Assembly (NCBI GenBank): GCA_039630545.1
Contig: JBCNUU010000007.1
Location: 1 to 64,000 of the forward strand
Length of the DNA stretch: 64,000 nucleotides
Direction of reading: 5' to 3'
DNA from: Endomicrobiia bacterium
Lineage (GTDB): Bacteria > Elusimicrobiota > Endomicrobiia > DTEH01
Below, piece after piece: positions 29,163 to 38,240 of the stretch; positions within the stretch are counted from its first letter, which is position 1, and every line of letters begins with the position of its first letter. The translations under genes and the position numbers were made by a program. The notes under the pieces are model-generated. The model saw nothing but the letters and a program-made list of their open reading frames with translations. It did no database searches and was not told the DNA's origin.

Positions 29163-29606
29163 ATGTCAGATACAAAACAAAAACTCATAGAAATGTTAAA
29201 CAAGGCATTAGAACTTGAGCATGCAGCAAGGATACAGTATCTTGCTCACGCAGAAAAAGTAAAGGGTTTAAACTCTGAACCTATAGTTGAAAGATTAAAA
29301 GAAATAGCTTCAGATGAACAAAAACACGAGGAGATATTTAGAACCCTTATTTGTGCTTATCTTGGGGGTGAGGCATCAATGAGTTTGGAAAAAACATATA
29401 ATGCCAGTAGTGTAAATGATATTCTTGAAGTTAATCTAAAAGGAGAAAAAGAAGCAGTTGATTATTACAAGCAGATTTATAAGTTTATAGTTGATAACAA
29501 AACTGAATTTCAGTATGAATTTGAGACGTTGGAACATCAAGTTCGTCATGTGATAATAGATGAACAAGAACACATAGTTGAAATTTCTAATTTATTAGGT
29601 AAATAA
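29163..29606 (+). CDS. Ferritin-like diiron protein
   Basis: LELEH...DEQKH...GEKEA...DEQEH four-helix ligand pattern. Confidence 0.88.
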   Translation: MSDTKQKLIEMLNKALELEHAARIQYLAHAEKVKGLNSEPIVERLKEIASDEQKHEEIFRTLICAYLGGEASMSLEKTYNASSVNDILEVNLKGEKEAVDYYKQIYKFIVDNKTEFQYEFETLEHQVRHVIIDEQEHIVEISNLLGK

Positions 29607-29607
29607 A

Positions 29608-29880
29608 TTGATAAATAAATTGATAAATAAATTAAAAGAGGCTATAGTTAAGTTTAACGAAATCAGATATCCTGAGAGTGAAGCAAAAATAATAAGTATT
29701 AAAGATGATGTTGTATATGTAGAATTTAGTGGCACTAAAGCATCTTTTGCTTGTTGTTTTGACGAAAATTTTGTCGATTTGAAATATTACTTTTTAGATT
29801 ACTCGAATATAAATTTTGAAATTACAAAAGTTCAAAGGATATCAAATGATAGATTTATTGTAGAGTATAGAAGGAAATAA
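29608..29880 (+). CDS. Hypothetical protein (ACCFDE motif)
   Basis: Open frame inside the operon; the start region contains a 12-bp triple repeat, so the start is uncertain. Confidence 0.7.
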   Translation: MINKLINKLKEAIVKFNEIRYPESEAKIISIKDDVVYVEFSGTKASFACCFDENFVDLKYYFLDYSNINFEITKVQRISNDRFIVEYRRK

Positions 29881-29881
29881 A

Positions 29882-30066
29882 ATGGATATTCACGATTTAC
29901 ATTTATTATCTGGAATTGCAGGAGCTTTTTTTGTAGTGTTAACTCATGTTTTAGGTGTGTTGAAGTTTAATTATGCCAAAAGAATTTTTTGGCATAAGAT
30001 TTTTTCTAAATAGCAAATATTTTTATATTTATGCATATTTTAATATATATTAAATTTTTAAAATAA
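29882..30066 (+). pseudogene. Small His-containing membrane protein, apparent frameshift near 30008-30013
   Basis: 43-aa ORF stops at TAG 30011-30013; the -1 frame continues IANIFIFMHILIYIKFLK to TAA 30064-30066. Confidence 0.5.
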
Positions 30067-30085
30067 ATAAAGAGGATTTAACAAA

Positions 30086-30415
30086 ATGAAAAATATGTTT
30101 TTGCTATTAACACTTTTAACTTGTAATTTGTCATCTATTTTTGGTCATCCGCCCTCTGATATTAGTTTTGTATATAATTTAGAAAACAAAACTGTAGAAA
30201 TTAATGTTCAACATAAAGTAAAAAACATAGAGGACCACTATATAGATAAAGTAACTATTTTTCTAAATGGTAAAAAAATCATAGAACAGGTGAGCTTAAA
30301 ACAATTGAATAACGATACACAAATTTATATATTTAAAATTCCTGAATTAAAGGAAAATGATAAAATAGTTGTTTTAGCAAAATGCAACAAATTTGGAGAT
30401 CTTAAAAAGAAATAA
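30086..30415 (+). CDS. Exported protein with superoxide-reductase-like His/Cys motif
   Basis: Signal peptide, then HPP...H-x7-HYI...CNKFG. Confidence 0.75.
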   Translation: MKNMFLLLTLLTCNLSSIFGHPPSDISFVYNLENKTVEINVQHKVKNIEDHYIDKVTIFLNGKKIIEQVSLKQLNNDTQIYIFKIPELKENDKIVVLAKCNKFGDLKKK

Positions 30416-30424
30416 TAGTAAAAA

Positions 30425-30880
30425 ATGAAAAAAACAATAACGCATATAGATAAATTTTCCCAAAGTGAAGTTTATAAAAAATGTAAAGATTCAACAGTTG
30501 CTGTAGTATTTTTCATAATTGGTCTTATTGCTACAATAGCAATTCGTGCAATTGGTATTGTAACAAATATTTTAGGTGAAGTAGGTTCTAAAATTCTTTG
30601 GTATATAGGAGTGATTGGTTTTTTGTTGTTTTTTGTATACAAGTATAATGTGGAAAAAAGGAGAAGAAAGATAATTTTTGAAAATGCAATTCTTGAAAAA
30701 ATAATTATTAACTCTGAATTAGATTCTAAAGATAAAGAAGTTTTAGGTTCTTTAATTTGTAGTTTAGTCTCAAGAAAAGATACCATAAACTATTTTGTAA
30801 TATTTTTTACTTCGGCTGTTAGTTTAGTAATAGCGGTATTATTTGATTTTGGAATAATAAAAGGGGGGTTAAAAGTATGA
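30425..30880 (+). CDS. Hypothetical membrane protein (3 TM)
   Basis: Three hydrophobic segments; in operon. Confidence 0.75.
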   Translation: MKKTITHIDKFSQSEVYKKCKDSTVAVVFFIIGLIATIAIRAIGIVTNILGEVGSKILWYIGVIGFLLFFVYKYNVEKRRRKIIFENAILEKIIINSELDSKDKEVLGSLICSLVSRKDTINYFVIFFTSAVSLVIAVLFDFGIIKGGLKV

Positions 30881-31548
30881 ACAAAAAATGTTATTTTTTT
30901 CTTTTTTTTATTACAACGTTATTCTTTATGATAGGTTGTGGTCCTTTAAGATATAATGTTGTTCATTTAAATCCAACTCCAAATCCTGTGTATAATAAAA
31001 AAGGTTTTTTGATATCTTTAAGTAGCGGATATTTAGAAAAAAGTTTACCTTTAAACTTTGAAATTCAAAAGTTTATAGATAAAGAAAATGATATAGATGG
31101 TGGCTTCCAAACCTTTTATTCGCAGCATACAGAGGAAACTTTTTATTCTTATAATCTTTTTGGTTTCTTAAGACAATGGTTAAGATTAAAAAATAGACAG
31201 AACCCGTGGGGTAGTGTCTATGGAGGACTACAGATTGGTTATGGGTTAGACGAACGCGAAAGAGCTCTATACAATAATTATATCTATACACATCTTGATA
31301 TAGGCCTGCTGGTTGGATTGTATAGAAAAAATTTTACTTTAGTCTTAGGGCCAAGAGTTGGAGTTGGAGGTTCTTATCCTCATAATAGTATTTACATATT
31401 TTTTGGGCCAGTAATTCAAAGTAGGTTATTTTTAATTAAAAATTTAGGATTAGGATTTGATATATGTTATGTTTTTGGCTCTGATTCAAAAGCTGATATA
31501 GTAGTTATACCACAATTATATAAATGGTTTGTTTTATGGAGGTTTTAA
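30877..31548 (+). CDS. Hypothetical lipoprotein / outer-membrane protein
   Basis: Lipobox MIGC; beta-strand-like Gly/aromatic pattern; terminal Phe. Confidence 0.7.
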   Translation: MNKKCYFFLFFITTLFFMIGCGPLRYNVVHLNPTPNPVYNKKGFLISLSSGYLEKSLPLNFEIQKFIDKENDIDGGFQTFYSQHTEETFYSYNLFGFLRQWLRLKNRQNPWGSVYGGLQIGYGLDERERALYNNYIYTHLDIGLLVGLYRKNFTLVLGPRVGVGGSYPHNSIYIFFGPVIQSRLFLIKNLGLGFDICYVFGSDSKADIVVIPQLYKWFVLWRF

Positions 31549-31551
31549 GAT

Positions 31552-32730
31552 ATGGCTGTAATAAAGATAAAAGACGGAGTTTTTTATGTAGGAGCAAATC
31601 ACTGGGATAGGCGTTTATTTGATGAGTTGATTCCGCTGTCTGAAGGAACAAGTTATAACTGTTACATTGTATTTGGTAAAGAAAAAACAGCACTAATAGA
31701 TGCAGTAGATCCGGCAACTGTTGATCAGCTATTATATAATCTACAACAGTTAAATGTAAAAAAGATTGACTATGTTATTTCAAACCATGCAGAACAAGAT
31801 CATTCAGGTGGGATCGTTAATATTTTAGAAATATTTAAAGAATCTAAAGTTGTAACTAATGAAAAATGTAAAAATATGTTGATGGATTTACTTCTTATAC
31901 CAGAAGATAAATTCATAGTGATTAAAGAAAAAGATACAATTGATTTAGGTGGAAAAACTTTAGAGTTTTATCTTACTCCCTGGGTTCACTGGCCTGAGAC
32001 AATGTCTACTTATCTAAAAGAAGATAAAATTTTGTTTTCTTGTGATTTTTTTGGTTCGCATATTGCTACTTCAGATATATTTAACGATGAACATTTTTAT
32101 ATGCCAGCTAAAAGATACTATGCTGAGATAATGTCTCCATTTAGAAACAATGTTAGAAACAACTTAGAGAAAGTAAAAAAACTTGACATTGAAATAATAG
32201 CACCATCTCACGGTTATATATATAAAAATCCACAAAAAATAATTTCTGCATATGAAGATTGGTCTTCAGAAAATGTAAAAAATGAAGCTATTATTGCTTA
32301 TGTATCAATGCACGGTTCAACTAAGAAGATGGCTGAATTTTTAAGAGAAGAACTTATAAAAAGAAACATTAATGTTTATTTTTTCAATCTCACTTATACG
32401 GATATAGGACAACTTGCAATGGCTTTAGTTAACGCTGCCACAGTTATAGTTGCGGCACCAACTGTTTTAGCAGGAGTGCATCCTCAAGCAATGTATGTTG
32501 CTTATCTTATTAATCAATTAAGGGTTAAAGCTAAATTTATAGGAATAGTAACATCATATGGTTGGGGTGAAAAAACAGTAGAGTCAATAAAAAACACTTT
32601 AACTAACATAAAGCCTTATTTTCTTACACCGGTTATATCTAAGGGGTATCCTAAAGAACAAGATCTAATAAATATTAAAAATTTGGCAGATGAGATCTTA
32701 GAAAAGCATAGAAATCTTGGGTTATTATGA
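31552..32730 (+). CDS. fprA: Flavodiiron protein (FprA, class A)
   Basis: GTSYN, HAEQDHSG, HWPE, SCDFFG, APSHG; flavodoxin domain SMHGST. Confidence 0.96.
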   Translation: MAVIKIKDGVFYVGANHWDRRLFDELIPLSEGTSYNCYIVFGKEKTALIDAVDPATVDQLLYNLQQLNVKKIDYVISNHAEQDHSGGIVNILEIFKESKVVTNEKCKNMLMDLLLIPEDKFIVIKEKDTIDLGGKTLEFYLTPWVHWPETMSTYLKEDKILFSCDFFGSHIATSDIFNDEHFYMPAKRYYAEIMSPFRNNVRNNLEKVKKLDIEIIAPSHGYIYKNPQKIISAYEDWSSENVKNEAIIAYVSMHGSTKKMAEFLREELIKRNINVYFFNLTYTDIGQLAMALVNAATVIVAAPTVLAGVHPQAMYVAYLINQLRVKAKFIGIVTSYGWGEKTVESIKNTLTNIKPYFLTPVISKGYPKEQDLINIKNLADEILEKHRNLGLL

Positions 32731-34229
32731 AAAAAAAAGTTGTAGTAGTAGGATCAGGTCCTGGTGGGCTTACAGCGGCTATGATTCTTCAGCATCGTGG
32801 TTTTGATGTTCAAATATTTGAAAAGGACTCTAAAGTAGGTGGAAGAAATTCCTACTTAAAATTAGGTGACTATAAATTTGACATAGGTCCTACCTTCTTA
32901 ATGATGCCATATATACTTAAAGAAATATTTAGTGAAGTAGGTGAAGATTTAAATTCTTATCTTAAGTTAGTAAAGTTGGATCCTATGTATAAACTAAATT
33001 TTGAAGCTAAGCATGAAAGTGTTCCAATTACCTCTGATCACGAAAGAATGGCAAGTATAATAGAAAAAATCTATAACGAAAAAGATGGTTTTTATAAATA
33101 TCTTAAAAACGAGGCTAAAAGATTTTCATATTTAACTCCTTGTTTTAAGAAACCTTATTTAAAATTTTATGATATGTTTAAAAATCCTCTATTAAAGGCA
33201 CTGCCTCATCTGGATATAGGTAGAAGTGTTTGGGATGTTTTGAGTAAGTACTTCAAAAACGAAGAACTTAGATTGTGTTTTACTTTTCAGTCAAAATATT
33301 TAGGTATGTCTGCGTGGGAGTGTCCTGCAGCGTTTGCAATGATTGCTTATGTAGAGCATGAATATGGGATATGGCATGTAATAGGAGGCCTTAATACTAT
33401 ATCTCAAGCTATGGCTAAAATATTTGAAAAAAAAGGAGGGAAGATATATCTTAACTCTAAAGTTAATAAAATAGTAAATGAAGGCAAAAAAGTTAAGGGA
33501 GTAAAACTTTATAATGGTGAGTTTGTAGCAGCCGACCATGTTGTAGTAAATGCAGATTTTTCTTATGCTGTTACTAATCTTATGGATAAAAATTATGTTA
33601 AAAAATACTCAGAAAGAAAACTCAAAAAGAAAAAATATTCATGTTCTACATTTATGATTTATTTAGGTGTTAAAAAAATATATAAACATTTAGCACATCA
33701 CAATGTTTTTTTTTCTAAAAACTATAAAGAAAATGTTGATGACATATTCAAAAATAAAAAGTTGCCCAGATATATATCTTTTTATATACAAAATGCTTCT
33801 ATTACAGATGACACTTTAGCAGCAGCAAATAAATCAACTATTTACATATTAGTTCCAGTTCCTAATTTAAGAGCTGATATAGATTGGGATTTAGAAAAAT
33901 ATAGTTTTAGAGATAAAGTTATCAAAGAGGTTAAAAAAAGAGCTATGTTAGAAGATATAGAGGAAAATATAGAAGTAGAACACATAATAACTCCTAAAGA
34001 CTGGCAAGAAAATTTTAATGTTTATATAGGAGCAACTTTTAACTTAGCGCATAATCTATCTCAGATGCTTTATTTTAGACCTAGAAATAAATTTGAATGC
34101 TTTGATAATTTATATCTAGTAGGAGGTGGTACGCATCCTGGTAGTGGACTTCCTACTATATATGAATCAGGAAGAATAGCTGCAAATTTGATATCATCAA
34201 TTAATAATAAAAAAATAAGGAGGGTATAG
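32727..34229 (+). CDS. Phytoene desaturase family (CrtI/CrtN-like)
   Basis: GSGPGG FAD motif, FDIGPTF, FQSKYLGMS, VGGGTHPGSGLP. Confidence 0.92.
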   Translation: MKKKVVVVGSGPGGLTAAMILQHRGFDVQIFEKDSKVGGRNSYLKLGDYKFDIGPTFLMMPYILKEIFSEVGEDLNSYLKLVKLDPMYKLNFEAKHESVPITSDHERMASIIEKIYNEKDGFYKYLKNEAKRFSYLTPCFKKPYLKFYDMFKNPLLKALPHLDIGRSVWDVLSKYFKNEELRLCFTFQSKYLGMSAWECPAAFAMIAYVEHEYGIWHVIGGLNTISQAMAKIFEKKGGKIYLNSKVNKIVNEGKKVKGVKLYNGEFVAADHVVVNADFSYAVTNLMDKNYVKKYSERKLKKKKYSCSTFMIYLGVKKIYKHLAHHNVFFSKNYKENVDDIFKNKKLPRYISFYIQNASITDDTLAAANKSTIYILVPVPNLRADIDWDLEKYSFRDKVIKEVKKRAMLEDIEENIEVEHIITPKDWQENFNVYIGATFNLAHNLSQMLYFRPRNKFECFDNLYLVGGGTHPGSGLPTIYESGRIAANLISSINNKKIRRV

Positions 34230-34230
34230 T

Positions 34231-34446
34231 ATGTTGAAATCAAACGAGGGAAACGTGGATAGGTTGATAAGAAATGTATTTGGAGTTTTATCTTTATTTT
34301 TGGGGATCTTTATACTTAAAGACACCATTTCAATAATCTTTATAATTTTAGGATTTGTAGGTTTGATTACAGGTTTAACTGGTTTTTGTGGTTTATATGC
34401 ATTATTAGGTATAAATACTAAATCAAAAGACAAAAAAATAAAATGA
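34231..34446 (+). CDS. DUF2892/YgaP-like membrane protein
   Basis: NEGNVDRLIR...TGFCGLYALLGINT. Confidence 0.88.
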   Translation: MLKSNEGNVDRLIRNVFGVLSLFLGIFILKDTISIIFIILGFVGLITGLTGFCGLYALLGINTKSKDKKIK

Positions 34447-35189
34447 AAGTAAGTTTTATATTTTGTTCAATATTGTTTTTTGTATCTGCAAACCTATTTC
34501 CAAATCAAAAAGAGGATATTATTAAAATAAAATTTATTGGAGGTATAGCAACCGAATCTGATCCGATAAGTAATCAAAGTCTTGGTTTTTGGGGGTTTGC
34601 AGGAGAAAATATTGAAAAGCAATACTTAGACGGTTATGAATTTGGGATGGTGTTAGATATAAGTTTCACCAAGCACTTTATAACATTTCTAGATATATTT
34701 ATTATAAATTCAAAATTATTTATGGGAAAGGCAGGGAATGTACTAAAAGGACCAGCAATTAGGGCTGCAGATCCTCACTATAGCTCCTCTGTTTCTCCAG
34801 TATTGCCTAAGGATATTTATTATATTTCAAAAGCCTCTGTAGGAAGAGTAGGTATAAAGTTTACGATACCTTCTAAAGTAGACAATTTTAATCCTTATAT
34901 TGGTTTGGCTTTTGGAATTGTACCATATGAAATTGGATTTGGAAATAATGATGGTTCAGTGGCTTACAGTGAGATTATAAGTGATTTTACTTACATCTAC
35001 TCTTTAATTTTAGGTATGGATTTTAAATTTAGTTTTTTAAATTTAGGTTTATTTTTTGACTATGGTGCCGCATTCACTGAAACAGGTGTAGTTATGAATA
35101 ACTGGATATGGGAAGGATGGTCATATAAAACTCAATTTCCTGTGGTGCCTGCTTTTAAATTTGGAATAACTTTTAGTTTTGACATTTAA
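34443..35189 (+). CDS. Hypothetical outer-membrane beta-barrel protein
   Basis: Signal peptide; NPYIGLAFG; C-terminal FKFGITFSF. Confidence 0.75.
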   Translation: MKVSFIFCSILFFVSANLFPNQKEDIIKIKFIGGIATESDPISNQSLGFWGFAGENIEKQYLDGYEFGMVLDISFTKHFITFLDIFIINSKLFMGKAGNVLKGPAIRAADPHYSSSVSPVLPKDIYYISKASVGRVGIKFTIPSKVDNFNPYIGLAFGIVPYEIGFGNNDGSVAYSEIISDFTYIYSLILGMDFKFSFLNLGLFFDYGAAFTETGVVMNNWIWEGWSYKTQFPVVPAFKFGITFSFDI

Positions 35190-35232
35190 TTTTTGTTGAA
35201 AAAAATTAAATTTTGTCATTCTTGAAATTTAT

Positions 35233-35976
35233 ATGGCAGAAATAATTAGAAGTCCTTTAGAAAAAAGACTAAAAGAGTGGCACGGAGAGGAATGGCATAC
35301 CACTAAAGGAAGAATAATAAGAGATATTGTATATGCAATTGATACTGGACTTGTAACAACTGTTTCATTTCTTGCTGGAGTTTCTGCTTCTGTTTTTAGT
35401 AAGAATAAGATAATATTAGCTGGACTTATTGAGATAGTTTCTGGCACCCTTGCTATCTTTTTTGGCTCATATATATCCACAAAAGCACAGAAACATTTTT
35501 TTGAAAACCAAATAGAACGAGAAAAAAAAGAAATAGAAGAAATGCCAGAAAAAGAAACACAGGAAATAAGAGATATATTTGCTGAATTAGGTTTTACAAA
35601 AGAAGAACAAGAAATAGCAGTAAAAAGAATCACTCAGAATAAAGACATATGGCTTAAATTTATGGTTCAAGAAGAAATAGGGATAAGTCCTGGTATGATT
35701 GATAATCCTTTTGAGATAGGAGTAATATCTTCTGTTTCTTTTATTGTTGGTGCTATCCCTGCAATTTTTCCTTTTTTTGTATTTAATAGCGTTAATGAGG
35801 CATTAATTTTTTCTGCGATATTTGTGTGTCTGTTTCTTTTTGTTTTAGGTGTAATCAAAACAAAAATTACAAAAATTAACTGGCTTGTAAGCGGATTAGA
35901 AACACTTTTTATTGGCGCTTTATCCTGTGGTGCGGGGTTTTTTCTTGGAAGATTTGCTTCAGGATACTTTCATTAA
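35233..35976 (+). CDS. VIT1/CCC1 iron transporter
   Basis: IRDIVYAIDTGLV, FGSYIS, SFIVGAIP. Confidence 0.92.
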   Translation: MAEIIRSPLEKRLKEWHGEEWHTTKGRIIRDIVYAIDTGLVTTVSFLAGVSASVFSKNKIILAGLIEIVSGTLAIFFGSYISTKAQKHFFENQIEREKKEIEEMPEKETQEIRDIFAELGFTKEEQEIAVKRITQNKDIWLKFMVQEEIGISPGMIDNPFEIGVISSVSFIVGAIPAIFPFFVFNSVNEALIFSAIFVCLFLFVLGVIKTKITKINWLVSGLETLFIGALSCGAGFFLGRFASGYFH

Positions 35977-36001
35977 ATTAATAAAGAGGGGGTAAAAAAT
36001 T

Positions 36002-36385
36002 ATGGCAGTAAAACAAAAAGGTGAAATATATAAATGTAGTGTTTGTGGAAACATAGTAGAAGTTTTGTATGCCGGTGGAGGAACACTTGTGTGTTGTGGA
36101 AAACCAATGGAGCTTCAAGTAGAAAACACTGTAGATGCTTCTAAAGAAAAACATGTGCCTGTGGTAGAAAAAACTTCTGATGGTATTTTGGTAAAAGTTG
36201 GGTCAGTTGAGCATCCAATGGAAGAAAAACACTACATAATGTGGATTGAACTTAATGTTGATGGGAAAGTGTACAAACAGTTCTTAAAACCAGGTGATAA
36301 GCCCCAAGCACTTTTTAATGTTGACGGAAAAGTTCTTTATGCAAGAGAATACTGCAACCTTCACGGTTTGTGGAAGTCAAGTTAA
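36002..36385 (+). CDS. dfx: Desulfoferrodoxin (2Fe superoxide reductase)
   Basis: CSVCGN...CCGKPM, EKHVP, HPM..HYI, CNLHG. Confidence 0.96.
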   Translation: MAVKQKGEIYKCSVCGNIVEVLYAGGGTLVCCGKPMELQVENTVDASKEKHVPVVEKTSDGILVKVGSVEHPMEEKHYIMWIELNVDGKVYKQFLKPGDKPQALFNVDGKVLYAREYCNLHGLWKSS

Positions 36386-36445
36386 TGTTCAGAAATAGGT
36401 GATCTGTTTTTTGATAAACTTTTAGTTAATAGAAGGATGTGTCAT

Positions 36446-36970
36446 ATGAAAATTTTGTATAAATCTTTATTGCTTCTTTTATTTATAAAATTATCCATTG
36501 TTTGTTATGCAGAAGTTTTTAAGAGAAATTCTTTGTATTTAGAAATAGGCGGGACTGGAATAGGTCTTTCCATAAATGCTGAAACAAAAGTTTTACCATA
36601 TTTAGCATTAAGAGGTGGGGTTTCGTCTGCTATTTTAGGATTTGGGTTCCCGTTAAGTATAAGTTATCTAAGTGGAGCTGATAAATTTTCACATCATTTT
36701 GAAGCAGGTGTATCTTTTTCTTATTTTGAGGTGTTGTCAATATTTGGAGAAGGTACATTTGGCCTTCCACTATTTGGAGGAATCTTTGGTTATAGATATC
36801 AACCTAAAAAAGGAGGATTTTTGTTTAGAGTAGTATACACACCGCTTGTTCGCATAGAGGAAAAGGAGAGATACGAAGTTGCGGGTGAAGTGTCTGTGCC
36901 TACAGGTGAAAAATACTATGTATATCACGTTTTACATTGGGGTGGTATTTCATTCGGGTTTAGTTTTTAA
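36446..36970 (+). CDS. Hypothetical outer-membrane beta-barrel protein
   Basis: Signal peptide; NSLYLEIGG, GYRYQP, WGGISFGFSF; alternative start 36437. Confidence 0.75.
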   Translation: MKILYKSLLLLLFIKLSIVCYAEVFKRNSLYLEIGGTGIGLSINAETKVLPYLALRGGVSSAILGFGFPLSISYLSGADKFSHHFEAGVSFSYFEVLSIFGEGTFGLPLFGGIFGYRYQPKKGGFLFRVVYTPLVRIEEKERYEVAGEVSVPTGEKYYVYHVLHWGGISFGFSF

Positions 36971-36993
36971 AATCTAGGTGGATATTTGAACAT

Positions 36994-37323
36994 ATGCGCA
37001 TATGGGATATCCACCCTAAATATTTGTGTAGAAAACATTTACTTGGAGAACATAGGGAACTTTATGCTATTTGGAATATTATTACAAAAAACAAAAAAGG
37101 ATACTCAAAACATCCTGAAACTTTAAGATGGAGAGGCAAACTTAAAGCGTTATATCTTCGTCACAAATTATTAGTTGAAGAGATGCTTAAACGTGGCTAC
37201 AGGCATAAGTCATAGTTAAATGAAAAATTAGCAAAAGGCAAAGAAAAACAGGATTGTTTTTTAGATACAATTTCTAAACAAAAGTTAATTTTGAAAAATA
37301 AAAATTGTAAATGTAAGGTATGA
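36994..37323 (+). pseudogene. Pyrimidine dimer DNA glycosylase/endonuclease V family, with in-frame TAG at 37213-37215
   Basis: MRIWD...LLGEHREL, GYSKHP, EMLKRGY; the frame continues after TAG to TGA 37321-37323, overlapping the next ATG. Confidence 0.75.
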
Positions 37324-38240
37324 ACACAAAAATTTATGAACTCATAATTTTAGGATGTGGCCCTGCAGGAATTACAGCTGCGATTTATGCAGCAAGAAAA
37401 AAGATGGACTTTATAATTATTTCTAAAGATATTGGAGGACAAACAATTTATAGCAGTGAAGTTGAAAACTATACAGGATATCAAGTAATAACTGGAGCTG
37501 AGTTAGTCCTTAAGTTTAAAGAACATTTAGATATGTTTGATGTTGAACTTCATATGCCAGAGGTAGTAAAAAGAGTTGAAAAAGAAAACGATACAATAAA
37601 AGTAGAAACAGACAGAACTACCTATTATTCTAAAACACTAATAATCTCTACCGGGCGTACTCCAAGAAATCTTGGTGCAAAAAATGAAGAAAGATTCAAG
37701 GGTAGAGGTCTTACCTACTGTGCAACCTGTGACGCACCTCTATTTAGAGACAAAACAGTTGCGGTAATAGGAGGAGGAAACTCAGCTTTAGATGCGGCAA
37801 TCCAGCTTACTAAATATGCTAAAAAGATTTATTTGATTGATATAGCAGAAAGCCTTAAAGCTGATCCTGTAATGATTAAAAAAGCTTTTGATTCTGGAAT
37901 TGTTGAATATATTAAAAAATCTAAAGTAACAGAAATAAACGGAACAAATTTTGTTGAAAGTATAAAGATTGAAAGTTTAGATAGCAATAAAGAATCTATA
38001 TTAGATGTTCAAGGAGTTTTTGTAGAGATAGGTTCTATCGCATCATCAGATTTTATAGATATAGTTGCTAAAACAAAAGATGGAGAAATAATTGTTGACT
38101 GCATGAACAAAACCTCACAAGAAGCAATTTTTGCAGCAGGTGATGTAACGAATGTTTTTGCAAAACAGATAATCATTGCCTGTGGTGAAGGAGCAAAAGC
38201 AGCACTTTCTGCTTATGAGTATCTTAGCAAAAAAATTTAG
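37320..38240 (+). CDS. Thioredoxin reductase / AhpF C-terminal-like disulfide reductase
   Basis: GCGPAG, CATCDAP, GGGNSA, AAGDVT. Confidence 0.94.
   Translation: MNTKIYELIILGCGPAGITAAIYAARKKMDFIIISKDIGGQTIYSSEVENYTGYQVITGAELVLKFKEHLDMFDVELHMPEVVKRVEKENDTIKVETDRTTYYSKTLIISTGRTPRNLGAKNEERFKGRGLTYCATCDAPLFRDKTVAVIGGGNSALDAAIQLTKYAKKIYLIDIAESLKADPVMIKKAFDSGIVEYIKKSKVTEINGTNFVESIKIESLDSNKESILDVQGVFVEIGSIASSDFIDIVAKTKDGEIIVDCMNKTSQEAIFAAGDVTNVFAKQIIIACGEGAKAALSAYEYLSKKI

Noticed and set aside
29600..29633. 12-bp unit TAAATAAATTGA repeated about three times at a gene junction
   Set aside because: Low-complexity, frame-preserving slippage duplication with no evidence of function.
17299..37215. Genome-wide TAG recoding or pyrrolysine (three ORFs break at TAG)
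   Set aside because: Readthrough does not restore the PorV frame; mraY and other genes end normally at TAG; no pyl genes seen.
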